From Planctomycetes bacterium UBA7888 (GTDB lineage Bacteria > Planctomycetota > UBA1135), in contig DLRM01000064.1 in assembly GCA_002500505.1 (NCBI GenBank), positions 725 to 64,724 of the forward strand: DNA of 64,000 nt. The letters are read 5' to 3'. Shown here piece after piece: positions 29,387 through 38,712 of this stretch; position 1 is the stretch's first letter; the number at the start of each line of letters is the position of its first letter. A program made the translations under genes and the position numbers. Under the pieces are notes generated by a model. The model ran no database searches and was not told the origin of the DNA. It was given only the letters and a program-made list of their open reading frames with translations.

Positions 29387-30835
29387 TCAGGCGCCGAGGT
29401 GGTAGTTGGGGGCTTCTTTAGTGATTCGAACATCGTGAGGGTGGCTTTCTTTCACGCCTGCGCCAGTAATGCGCACAAAGCGTGCCTTCGCACGGAATAC
29501 ATCCAAGTCTTCAGCGCCAACATAACCCATGCCGGCGCGAATTCCGCCGACAAACTGGTAAACAAAAGGAGCGAGTGGTCCGCGACTGGGCACCATGCCC
29601 TCAATGCCTTCGGGGACGAGCTTCTGAGTTTCATGCACTGAGGCTTGGCCATAACGGGCTTTGCCACCTTCCACCATTGCCGCCAAAGATCCCATTCCGC
29701 GAACAGCCTTAAAGCTCCGGCCCTCATAAAGGAAGGTCTCGCCTGGGGACTCATTAACCCCTGCGAAAAGAGATCCGAGCATGACACAAGAAGCACCAGC
29801 GCCCAAAGCCTTGACAGCGTCACCACTATTCCGGATTCCGCCATCGGCAATGACAGGGATATTCTCAGCAGCGCAAACTTGGCTCACGTTGTAAACGGCA
29901 GAAAACTGTGGAACCCCTACACCAGCAACGACACGAGTCGTGCAGATACTTCCCGGACCGATGCCAACTTTGACTCCGTCCGCTCCCGCTTCCAGTAGAG
30001 CTTCAGCAGCTTCCACTGTGGCGATATTGCCGGCAACCACATCCACAAGGTCGCGTTTTTTCAGTTCGCGAACTGTGTCCATGACGTTGGCAGAATGACC
30101 ATGGGCGGTATCCACAACAAGGACATCCACACCCGCTTCCACCAAAGCTTCTGCACGCTCGTAATCGTGAACACCAACAGCGGCTCCGACTACTAAACAC
30201 CCGTCTTCATCCTTGGCAGCGGAGGGGAACTCTTCAGTGAGCCGAATATCCCGCATGGTGATGAGACCTTCCAAGAGATTCGATTCATCTACGAGAAGGA
30301 GTTTCTCGACCTTGGCTTGGTGCAAAATGACCTGCGCCTCTTTTAGGGAAGTCGCAACCGGAGCCGTAACCAGCCCGGAAGCGGTCATGACATCGGCAAC
30401 TTTTCGGTCGCCACCTTCTTGGAACTTGAGGTCACGCTTGGTGAGAATGCCAACGACCTTTTCTCCATCAAGAACAGGGAATCCACTCACCCCGTTTTCA
30501 GCCATGACCCGACGGGCTTCTTCAACACTTTCACTCGGGGAAAGGGTAATCGGATCGTGAATCACGCCATGGGCGGAACGTTTCACCTTGTCCACTTCAC
30601 GAATCTGGTCTTCGACAGAGAGGTTGCGGTGAATAATCCCAATCCCGCCTTGCTGAGCAATGGAAACCGCAAGACCCGCTTCGGTCACCGTATCCATGGC
30701 GGCCGAGGCGATGGGAATATTCAAGCTCACATTCCTGGAGAAGCGCGTAACAGTACGTGCGTCGGTGGGCAAGACATCAGACTCCTGAGGCACCAGGAGG
30801 ACGTCATCAAAGGTAAGTGCCAGCGGCAGGTCCAT
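29387..30835 (-). CDS. guaB: IMP dehydrogenase
   Basis: [11 protein letters not shown]-terminus, tandem CBS insert, and the catalytic loop [12 protein letters not shown]. 482 aa. Confidence 0.95.
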   Translation of the reverse strand: MDLPLALTFDDVLLVPQESDVLPTDARTVTRFSRNVSLNIPIASAAMDTVTEAGLAVSIAQQGGIGIIHRNLSVEDQIREVDKVKRSAHGVIHDPITLSPSESVEEARRVMAENGVSGFPVLDGEKVVGILTKRDLKFQEGGDRKVADVMTASGLVTAPVATSLKEAQVILHQAKVEKLLLVDESNLLEGLITMRDIRLTEEFPSAAKDEDGCLVVGAAVGVHDYERAEALVEAGVDVLVVDTAHGHSANVMDTVRELKKRDLVDVVAGNIATVEAAEALLEAGADGVKVGIGPGSICTTRVVAGVGVPQFSAVYNVSQVCAAENIPVIADGGIRNSGDAVKALGAGASCVMLGSLFAGVNESPGETFLYEGRSFKAVRGMGSLAAMVEGGKARYGQASVHETQKLVPEGIEGMVPSRGPLAPFVYQFVGGIRAGMGYVGAEDLDVFRAKARFVRITGAGVKESHPHDVRITKEAPNYHLGA

Positions 30836-30932
30836 GGCGAATTGTAGCGACTCCCACGAGTTTTCGTGCCAAGCATTCTGTCCTTGGAAAGAGTGTCTTT
30901 AGAATAGTGCGGCCCAGCCCCCCCGACTCCTC

Positions 30933-32897
30933 ATGACTGACTCCTCCATCCCTTATCCAGGACAGCCTGCCACCGCCGACGGTTCGACCATGGTCGCATG
31001 GGTCGAAACGCACATTGGCGAAGCCGCATGTGGCTACCCCATCACTTCTTCTACCAGCATGGGCCAAGCCTTCGAGGTCTCGGTTGCCGCTGGGAAAACG
31101 AACCTCTGGGGAACTCCCCTTGCGTTCTTTGAACCCGAGTCCGAGCATTCGGCTGCCTCGGCCTGTGAGGGCTATGCCGCTGCGGGTGGACGAGTCACAA
31201 CCTTCACCTCTGGACAGGGCCTAGTGCTCATGAAGGAAGTGCTTTACACCATCGCAGGAAAGCGCTTGCCAGCAGTTTTTCACATCGGTGCGCGAGCACT
31301 CACGAGTCATTCCTTGAATGTTCATGCCGGCCACGACGATGTGGCTGCAGTGTTGGATTGTGGCTGGGGTATTCTGATGGCCCGAAACGCGCAAGAGTCT
31401 GCTGACTTTGCCTTGATTACTCGCCGCGTTGCCGAAGACACACACACTCCTTTCATGAGCGTGCAAGATGGCTTTCTTACCACCCACACAGTTGAAGATG
31501 TGTTCATGCCCGAGCCAGAGTTCATGAAAGAATATGTGGGTGACCCACGGGGAAAGTTAAAAAACCTGATGGACCCCACCAAAGGCTATATGAGTGGAGT
31601 GGTGCAAAACCAAGACTCCTATATGAAAGGAAAAATTGCCCAACGCGCTTTCTACTCTTTGTTGGAACCAGCACTCGCGGAATCATTTACTGAATTTAGC
31701 AAGCAAACGGGCCGCGACTACGGATTGCTCGATTGCCACCGCTGTGAAGATGCCGACTATGTCTTTGTGGGCATGGGTTCCATGATGGAAACCGCCGAGG
31801 CCACAGTGGACTGGATGCGTGAGAACACCGACATGAAGGTGGGGTGCCTTTCGGTCCTGAGTTGGCGCCCCTTCCCTGGGCCACAACTTGCCAAGCTCCT
31901 TTCCGGGAAAAAAGCAGTTACTGTCGTGGAACGCCTTGATATTCCTGCCGCTCAATCAAATCCACTCGCAGCTGAAATCAAGGCCGCTCTGTTTGACGCC
32001 CTTTCTGCTGCTCCAGGCTATGAAAAAGCGTCTGGACCAATGCCCACCGTTTGGGAATGCTCTGGTGGCTTGGGCTCGCGCGACATCCGCCCAGGTGACA
32101 TCAAAGCCTTGTTCGCTCATCTTGAGAAGGGAGAACCGGGTCCTGCTGGTCGTTTCTGCTCTTTGGGAATCAAGCATGCCACCGCAATCCCCATGGCGGA
32201 CGACCCTGATGTGCGCCCTGAAGGTGCCTTCTCTATGCGCGGACACTCCGTGGGCGGTTTTGGCTCGGTGACGACCAACAAAGTCATTGCCACTTTGGTC
32301 GCTGATATGTTCGACCAAAAGGTGCAAGCCTATCCGAAGTATGGCTCTGAGAAGAAGGGCCTCCCGACCACTTACTATCTCACTGTTGCGCCCGAACATA
32401 TTCGAACCCACTGCGAGCTACACAAGGTCGACTTTGTTCCTCTAAATGACGTCCACGCTTTTAAAAACGGGAACCCTACTTTCGGCTTAGTCGAAGGCGG
32501 AACCTTGTTCATGCAATCGCCCCTCGACGATGCTGAATCCGTCTGGCTTTCTATTCCTGAAAAACACCGGAAGATTATCCAGGAGCGAAAGATTCGCCTT
32601 TATTGGCTAGACATGGTGCAAGTTGCACGCGAAGTGGCTTCCTCCCCTGACTTGATTGTTCGAATGCAGGGGATTGTCCTTCTGGGCGTATTTTTGAAGG
32701 TAACACCTTTCGCCGAGCGCTCCGGGTTCAGCAACGATGCTGTGCTAGAAGGTGTTGAAAAGAGCCTTCGCAAGTACTTTGGTCGCCGCGGAGAAAAAGT
32801 GGTTGCCGAAAACCTAGAGTGTGTGCGCCGCGGAATGGCAGAAGCCCGCGAAGTCCCTCGAGAAGTCATTGAATCCGAAACAACCCTCAGCGTCTAA
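30933..32897 (+). CDS. Pyruvate/2-oxoacid:ferredoxin oxidoreductase, alpha+gamma-type subunit (PFOR domains I-III)
   Basis: 654 aa. N-terminal GSTMVAWVETHIGEAACGYPITSST (PorA-like), central transketolase-C-like region, and a C-terminal PorC-like domain (GHSVGGFGSVTTNKVIA...GSEKKGLPTTYYL). Confidence 0.85.
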   Translation: MTDSSIPYPGQPATADGSTMVAWVETHIGEAACGYPITSSTSMGQAFEVSVAAGKTNLWGTPLAFFEPESEHSAASACEGYAAAGGRVTTFTSGQGLVLMKEVLYTIAGKRLPAVFHIGARALTSHSLNVHAGHDDVAAVLDCGWGILMARNAQESADFALITRRVAEDTHTPFMSVQDGFLTTHTVEDVFMPEPEFMKEYVGDPRGKLKNLMDPTKGYMSGVVQNQDSYMKGKIAQRAFYSLLEPALAESFTEFSKQTGRDYGLLDCHRCEDADYVFVGMGSMMETAEATVDWMRENTDMKVGCLSVLSWRPFPGPQLAKLLSGKKAVTVVERLDIPAAQSNPLAAEIKAALFDALSAAPGYEKASGPMPTVWECSGGLGSRDIRPGDIKALFAHLEKGEPGPAGRFCSLGIKHATAIPMADDPDVRPEGAFSMRGHSVGGFGSVTTNKVIATLVADMFDQKVQAYPKYGSEKKGLPTTYYLTVAPEHIRTHCELHKVDFVPLNDVHAFKNGNPTFGLVEGGTLFMQSPLDDAESVWLSIPEKHRKIIQERKIRLYWLDMVQVAREVASSPDLIVRMQGIVLLGVFLKVTPFAERSGFSNDAVLEGVEKSLRKYFGRRGEKVVAENLECVRRGMAEAREVPREVIESETTLSV

Positions 32898-32902
32898 AAT
32901 CC

Positions 32903-34468
32903 ATGAACACGCAAGCCCCTTCTGATTTGTTTGAACTTCTGGATGTTGAAGACTTCCAGAAACGCATCATTGACGGCTACAACGATGGCAGCGCCGAGCT
33001 AGAGCTCGAGGCCGACCTCTCGGTGGCCCGCTCGATTATTCCACCCAGCACGGCGCAGCATCGTGATTTTTCTTACATTGGCCCGGACATTCCTGCCTTC
33101 AGCCAAGAAGACTGCGTTGCATGTATGGAATGCGTAACGGAATGCCCTGACACCGCAATCTTGGCCAAAGTTGTTGGAGAAGAAGATTACAACTCCCGCC
33201 TTGATGAGGCAGACGAAGAAACCACTGAACGCTTAAAGCACCATCTTTCGGAAACGAAAAAGTTCCACACAGTTCCTGCAAAGAAGGGAATTGAGCCTGG
33301 GATGTTTGGGATTTTTGTGGACCCATCAAAATGCAAAGGTTGTGGCGAATGCGTCGAAGTTTGCGGCGAGCACGATGCCCTAAAAATGGTTGAAAAGGAG
33401 GAGATGGGCCTGGATTGGTACCGCAAGAGCTTCCAGCTTTATCGAGACCTTCCCGCCACTGATGACAAGTACATCAACGAGAAAATACTCATTGACATGA
33501 TGCTCTCCCAGGGTGCAGTCGACTCCTTTACTGGTGGCCACGGAGCTTGCATGGGCTGTGGTGAAGTCACGGCACTCCGAATGATGTTGGCTGCCACGCA
33601 CTTTGTTTACGGTCCTGAGGCCATTGGGCTGGTCGCGGCAACGGGTTGCAACACGGTTTACGCGAGCACGTATCCCTACAACCCTTATCAGGCTCCATGG
33701 ATGAACTCACTGTTCGAAAATGCAGCCACAACTGCGGCCGGCGTGCGCCTGCGTTGGGACCAAGCGGGCTTTGCCGACAAAAAGGTTTGGGCCATTGGCG
33801 GTGACGGTGGAATGTTGGACATCGGTTTGCAGGCAATGTCCCGCGTGCTCGCCTCGGGAATGAATATCAACATCCTCATTTTAGATACCCAGGTGTACTC
33901 CAATACAGGCGGCCAAACTTCTACCGCTACTTTCCATGGACAAGAATCTAAGCTGTCTATGCACGGCAAGGCCAAACCAGGCAAGACCGAGCACCGCAAG
34001 GAAGCTGCCCAGATTGTAATGATGCACCCTGACGTGTTCGTTGCACAAACTACTCCAGCCCATATAAATCACTTCTATCGCTCCATCATGGCGGCGAACG
34101 AATACGAAGGGCCTTCTGTAGTCATTGTGTACACGACTTGCCAGCCCGAGCATGGAGTTGGCGACGACATGTCTTCCCACCAAGCCAAGCTTGCCGTAGA
34201 AACCCGCACCTACCCCCTCTTGGTGCATGATCCCCGAAACGGCGACCTTCTGAGCGAGCGATTGAGTTTGAAGGGGAACCCAGCACTGAAAGAAAATTGG
34301 GCCCAACGCGATGGCAAAGACCTCACTTTCATTGACTTTGCTTCTACTGAAGGCCGCTTCCGGAAGCACTTCGATGCGAATGGAAGTCCATCAGAGACGA
34401 TGAAGGCTGCGGAAAAAGACCGCCTCAAAAACTGGAGGCAGCTCCAGGAAATGGCTGGCTTAATTTAG
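32903..34468 (+). CDS. Pyruvate/2-oxoacid:ferredoxin oxidoreductase, ferredoxin(delta)+TPP(beta)-type subunit (PFOR domains V-VI)
   Basis: Two 4Fe-4S motifs, CVACMECVTECP and CKGCGECVEVC. Then GGHGACMGCGE and the TPP-binding GGDGGMLDIGLQ...NTGGQ. 521 aa. Confidence 0.85.
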   Translation: MNTQAPSDLFELLDVEDFQKRIIDGYNDGSAELELEADLSVARSIIPPSTAQHRDFSYIGPDIPAFSQEDCVACMECVTECPDTAILAKVVGEEDYNSRLDEADEETTERLKHHLSETKKFHTVPAKKGIEPGMFGIFVDPSKCKGCGECVEVCGEHDALKMVEKEEMGLDWYRKSFQLYRDLPATDDKYINEKILIDMMLSQGAVDSFTGGHGACMGCGEVTALRMMLAATHFVYGPEAIGLVAATGCNTVYASTYPYNPYQAPWMNSLFENAATTAAGVRLRWDQAGFADKKVWAIGGDGGMLDIGLQAMSRVLASGMNINILILDTQVYSNTGGQTSTATFHGQESKLSMHGKAKPGKTEHRKEAAQIVMMHPDVFVAQTTPAHINHFYRSIMAANEYEGPSVVIVYTTCQPEHGVGDDMSSHQAKLAVETRTYPLLVHDPRNGDLLSERLSLKGNPALKENWAQRDGKDLTFIDFASTEGRFRKHFDANGSPSETMKAAEKDRLKNWRQLQEMAGLI

Positions 34469-35448
34469 TCTTCGCTGACTACTGAAAACGGCATACAAAG
34501 CTGATCCACTTCGTGGTTAGGGACTGAGTAAATCCACTCGCTGCCTACAACCCAGGCATATCGGTCTGAGTTGGGTGCAAGTCCACCCAAGCGCAACTCC
34601 AATGGTTTTCCTTGGCCCATTTCGACTCGAAATAAGTTGGTGCTAAACCCAAACTCAGGGCTAGGGGTTTCTCCCTGTTCTAGATGAGCCCAAACGTCTG
34701 AGGCTCTGAGGTTAGAAAAGCTAAAGGCCCAGGAATCGCCTTCATAAAGGTCTATATCTCTCGGTTCCGGGTTCTCCATATGCCAAGCTTCGGGGCCATC
34801 GTGAACCAAGGTCCAAGTCTCACCCGACGTAAATTCCAAGCGGGAAGCAAGTGCAATATCTTCCGCGTTCAGCGAAAACAAATCACCAGCCAACCAATCT
34901 GATGCTTCAGTCGAAGGAGGTTGGTAGGCATTAACTAAAAAGACTTCATTCCGCCCACTGGGTCGAACATAAAAATCCAATCGGACTTGAGCAGCCGTGA
35001 AAGGGTCGGCCGCCCGAAGCTTTCCTCCAATGAGGTCCGCCAAAATTTCTCCGCGACTATTTTGAACCAGAATTTGGGTTCCAGAACCCTTTTCAACACC
35101 AAAAGTGGTACGCTTTTCAGGGTTGGTTGAAACTACATCACGGTTATCCAAGAGACTCAAAGAATCAATCAGCTGGACGACTCGGGTGCTACTTGCAGGG
35201 TGCCCCCACTTTTCTTTCACGACAAATCCAGTGGAGGTTCGAAGGAGAGTGACTTCCTCCCCCTGACTTCGAAGCTGAATCTGATCAATTTCTTGTCTCT
35301 GTCGCTGAAGCTCTGGAAATAAAGGACCCACCAAAGAAGATGTACGCTCATGTGCGCCACCCTCCCAAGGTTTCTCCGTAAGAAGGGCTCCTCCCCACAA
35401 AAGGAGGGCCAAGAACAAGAGAAAACGGTTTTGAGGAACCAATTTCAT
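34465..35448 (-). CDS. DUF4340-like periplasmic protein of the GldG/ABC-2 module
   Basis: N-terminal anchor MKLVPQNRFLLFLALLLWGG. It sits directly after a GldG-like gene, and its ATG overlaps that gene's stop (ATGA). The family call rests on context plus overall similarity recalled from memory. Confidence 0.5.
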   Translation of the reverse strand: MKLVPQNRFLLFLALLLWGGALLTEKPWEGGAHERTSSLVGPLFPELQRQRQEIDQIQLRSQGEEVTLLRTSTGFVVKEKWGHPASSTRVVQLIDSLSLLDNRDVVSTNPEKRTTFGVEKGSGTQILVQNSRGEILADLIGGKLRAADPFTAAQVRLDFYVRPSGRNEVFLVNAYQPPSTEASDWLAGDLFSLNAEDIALASRLEFTSGETWTLVHDGPEAWHMENPEPRDIDLYEGDSWAFSFSNLRASDVWAHLEQGETPSPEFGFSTNLFRVEMGQGKPLELRLGGLAPNSDRYAWVVGSEWIYSVPNHEVDQLCMPFSVVSED

Positions 35449-37142
35449 CGTCCCTCTCCAGCACTCCAAGGCTTGCGACCTCTTCGCGCATGCCACATAA
35501 AGTGAGCTGCAGCTAATAGAAGGAGAAGCACGGGGGCCACCAGTACATTTCCCCAAGCCCAAAGGCGTTGTTGGCTTCGTTGATAAGTCCGAGCCTCAGA
35601 CTCTAAGGTCTCAATTTCTTCGCGTTTGTAATTGGCCTGAACACCACCTTGAGACTCCACAGATTCTTTAAAGAAGTTTCGAATAGGAGGAAGGTCGTTT
35701 CCACGAGTGCGGAGACCAATGAAGGCGGCATCCTGGCTCAACCAGTCAAAGAGGTTCGCTGCAAAATCCCTGTTTCCACTATTAGGGAGCAACGCCAAAC
35801 CAGCATTCGTCAGAAAGTCTGAGTCGCCTAGGACAACCAATAATCCGCTGTCTGCAAACTTGGAACCAGAGAGAGCAACGCCTAGCGGATAAGAATGGGG
35901 TGGCCCACTCCCAATGGCTTGGCTACGAAGTTTTTCTACATTTTCCAAAGTAGGCTCAATCGAACTTTCGCCCGAAAGTAGCCATGATTCTTCGGTACTT
36001 TGCAAAAGGACTTCACCGGTCAATCCCTCAGGAACATCCTTCAGGTGAATCGGGTGCGCCCACAAGAAATGCAGGTTACCCAAAGCCGAAACAACAACAT
36101 GACCATCGCTGAGGTGCTCGGAAGGAAGCAAGGGCCATACTCCATAGCCGACATTTTGCGGTACTCGCATTCTGCGGCCATCCGGAAGCTCAACGACTTG
36201 GGGCTGAATGGGAATTTGAAAGCAGGACTCATCCCAAAGAAGTTGGTTGCTTGGATAGATCCCAAGTTCGGCGAACCATTCCTCTATTCCACTCTGAATC
36301 GGTGTTCGAACCATTGTGCTAGGTTCGGTGCGATGCCGATCAAAGAGAACAAGAACATGGCCACCCTTCTCAAGGTATCCCTGAATTCCCGAAAGCTCCT
36401 CAGGTGTGAGTGATTCTGGGACAACGACAAGCGCAGCTAAATTTTCTAGTTCCTCTGGTTTTGCGGGAGAAATATCAACGATGCCAAAGCGAAGGCCGGC
36501 AATATTCCTCAACTCATCAAAGACCCGACCAGGGGGAAGCGGAAGCTCCATTCCAGGGACGCTTGGAGGTAGCTCCGGCTCACGGCTAAAGAAGCCAATC
36601 CGCGGAGGAGTCTCCCGAAGGAGGTTGCCCAGGCGAACCGAGAAGGCAAACTCAAACTCATTAGGAACAGCAAAGGGGATCACCTCCGAACGCCCTTGAT
36701 AGCGCATTTCAAGGCCTTGCCAAATGTTCAGCAGGCGATGACCGCTACTATCCGAAGCGGGAATCTGAATGGCCAGCACCCCTGCCGCTTCCGCTGCGCT
36801 GGCTGCGGCTAGGTCTAGAGTTGGATCAACGGTTTCTACCGAAACCTTCCCCCCACTCAAAGCAACAACTTCATCGAGAAGATCTTCCAGGAGAACCCGG
36901 GAAGGTAAAAGAGCTTCTGCGCCCTCAAGATCCTTATTCCAAAAAAGTTTAAGTTGAAGGCGGTCCTCAAGCTGATTTAAAAGGTCTTCCGTTGCAGGAG
37001 CAAGCGAATATTCGCGATTTCGAGTGAAATCCCAGCGAGTGTCTAAATGCGAAACCAAGATTAAGCACGGGAGCAGACAAGCAACTAGCAGGGCTACACT
37101 CAGTCGATATTGTCTTCTCGCATGATTGGTACGTTGACTCAT
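35445..37142 (-). CDS. GldG-like ABC-2 transporter auxiliary protein
   Basis: N-terminal and C-terminal TM anchors flank a large periplasmic domain. It directly follows the ABC-2 permease with an ATGA overlap (start MSQRTNH at 37142). Confidence 0.6.
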   Translation of the reverse strand: MSQRTNHARRQYRLSVALLVACLLPCLILVSHLDTRWDFTRNREYSLAPATEDLLNQLEDRLQLKLFWNKDLEGAEALLPSRVLLEDLLDEVVALSGGKVSVETVDPTLDLAAASAAEAAGVLAIQIPASDSSGHRLLNIWQGLEMRYQGRSEVIPFAVPNEFEFAFSVRLGNLLRETPPRIGFFSREPELPPSVPGMELPLPPGRVFDELRNIAGLRFGIVDISPAKPEELENLAALVVVPESLTPEELSGIQGYLEKGGHVLVLFDRHRTEPSTMVRTPIQSGIEEWFAELGIYPSNQLLWDESCFQIPIQPQVVELPDGRRMRVPQNVGYGVWPLLPSEHLSDGHVVVSALGNLHFLWAHPIHLKDVPEGLTGEVLLQSTEESWLLSGESSIEPTLENVEKLRSQAIGSGPPHSYPLGVALSGSKFADSGLLVVLGDSDFLTNAGLALLPNSGNRDFAANLFDWLSQDAAFIGLRTRGNDLPPIRNFFKESVESQGGVQANYKREEIETLESEARTYQRSQQRLWAWGNVLVAPVLLLLLAAAHFMWHARRGRKPWSAGEGR

Positions 37143-37858
37143 GACCAACGCCTCCTTTGAAGCAACATTCCATTCCAACTGAGGAAGAAGGCTGAAACAG
37201 AAAGGAAGAAAAGTATGTCTTCAAGAGGCAGTACACCGCGAGTCATTCCCGCGAATCGCACCCCAAAATCAAGATGTAGAAAAATCCGCCCTAAGGAAGG
37301 AGGCATGGCCTCTGCCATTGCGGCGGAAGCGAAAAGATTACATATCGTCAGGAGTGCGACCCCAAGCAACCAGGCCACTACTTGATTGCGGGTAAAGGCA
37401 GAACAAAAGAGTCCACAGGCAACGGAAGCTGCTCCAAGAAGAAGTGTGCCGAAATAAGCAGCGAATACAGGTCCCCAGTCAAGCTCTCCTAACAAGGAGA
37501 TGGATATGGGAGTTGCTGCACTAAAACAAAGTGCAATGGCTAAAAGGCCGAAAGCGGCCAAAAATTTCCCGACGACCAAATCAAAGACAGTAAAGGGCAT
37601 GGTCCGCAAAAGTTCAAATGTTCCAGAGCGAATCTCTTCTGCCCACATCCGCATAGTGAGAGCCGGAGCAATAACAACCAGCAAAAACGGCATCAAAGCG
37701 AACCACCCCCGCATGGATGCTATGCCCTGGTCAAAAAAACTACCCAAGACAAAGAAGAAAGCAGCAGTCGCGGCAGGGACCACTCCCCAAATAACCCATG
37801 CGATTGGCGAATCAAAGGCGACTTTGAGCTCCCGAGCGGCAATCACGAAACACCTCAT
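37139..37858 (-). CDS. ABC-2 type transporter permease (GldF-like)
   Basis: 239 aa with about 6 TM helices. ATGA overlap with the upstream ATPase gene. Confidence 0.7.
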   Translation of the reverse strand: MRCFVIAARELKVAFDSPIAWVIWGVVPAATAAFFFVLGSFFDQGIASMRGWFALMPFLLVVIAPALTMRMWAEEIRSGTFELLRTMPFTVFDLVVGKFLAAFGLLAIALCFSAATPISISLLGELDWGPVFAAYFGTLLLGAASVACGLFCSAFTRNQVVAWLLGVALLTICNLFASAAMAEAMPPSLGRIFLHLDFGVRFAGMTRGVLPLEDILFFLSVSAFFLSWNGMLLQRRRWS

Positions 37859-38712
37859 ACAGACTCATCCTCGCGATTGGCCAAGCGACGAAAGAGGGAC
37901 TCCAAGTCTTCGCCAAGACGTTCAATAGATTCAAGTTGAAGTCCAGAGTTCTCTGTCGCCTCCGAAAGGAGAGATTCAGCTTTTGAATGCTCCTTTCCTT
38001 TCACTGTCACTCGAAAAACAGAGGAGTCATTTTCCGTCCCCAGGAGATCTCCCAATGAGCCATCCGCAACAATGCGACCTCGATTCAAAAGGATTACACG
38101 CTCGGCTAATGTCTGGACCTCAGGCAAGACATGGCTCGTCAAAATCACGGTTTTGGTCCTCCCCAGAGCACGAATGAGCTCGCGCATTTCTACAACTTGA
38201 AGGGGGTCCAGGCCATTCGTGGGTTCATCCAAAATCAACAAAGGTGGATCATGCAAAAGGGCTTGGGCAAGCCCGACCCGCTGACGAAATCCTTTAGAAC
38301 AATCTCCAATGAATCTACCCCAAACTTCCTGAAGTCCCGTCGAAGAGACAGAGCGGTCCACGGCGCGTTTCAAGTTACTCGAATTCAAGCCTCGAGCCTT
38401 CCCCACAAAGCGCAGAAAATCCATCACCCTCATGTCTAAATAAAGCGGATTGTTTTCTGGTAAGTATCCAACAAGTCGCTTGGATTCAGTGGGGTCCTTC
38501 TCAACCGATATACCGCAAATGGAAGCGTGTCCTTCATCGGCAGCAAGATATCCGGTCAAGATTTTCATTGCGGTCGTTTTGCCTGCCCCATTAGGCCCCA
38601 GTAAACCCACCACTTGTCCACTGGGAATGGAGAAATCCGCTCCAATCAAGGCTTGCAAGTCCCCATAGGACTTGGAGAGGCCGGAAACTTCTACAACGGT
38701 CTTACTCGACAT
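37855..38712 (-). CDS. ABC transporter ATP-binding protein (GldA-like)
   Basis: Walker A GPNGAGKTT, Q-loop, signature-like SKGFRQRVGLAQAL, Walker B LLILDEPTNGLD, and H-loop TSHVL. Start at ATG 38712 (MSSKTVVEV), 7 nt after the rho stop. Confidence 0.9.
   Translation of the reverse strand: MSSKTVVEVSGLSKSYGDLQALIGADFSIPSGQVVGLLGPNGAGKTTAMKILTGYLAADEGHASICGISVEKDPTESKRLVGYLPENNPLYLDMRVMDFLRFVGKARGLNSSNLKRAVDRSVSSTGLQEVWGRFIGDCSKGFRQRVGLAQALLHDPPLLILDEPTNGLDPLQVVEMRELIRALGRTKTVILTSHVLPEVQTLAERVILLNRGRIVADGSLGDLLGTENDSSVFRVTVKGKEHSKAESLLSEATENSGLQLESIERLGEDLESLFRRLANREDESV

Noticed and set aside
32890-32910. PFOR split treated as a frameshifted pseudogene
   Set aside because: The first ORF ends at an in-frame TAA. 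The second has its own ATG 5 nt later, and both halves retain intact cofactor motifs. Without reads I cannot exclude an error, so it is kept as a low-interest finding rather than a pseudogene call.
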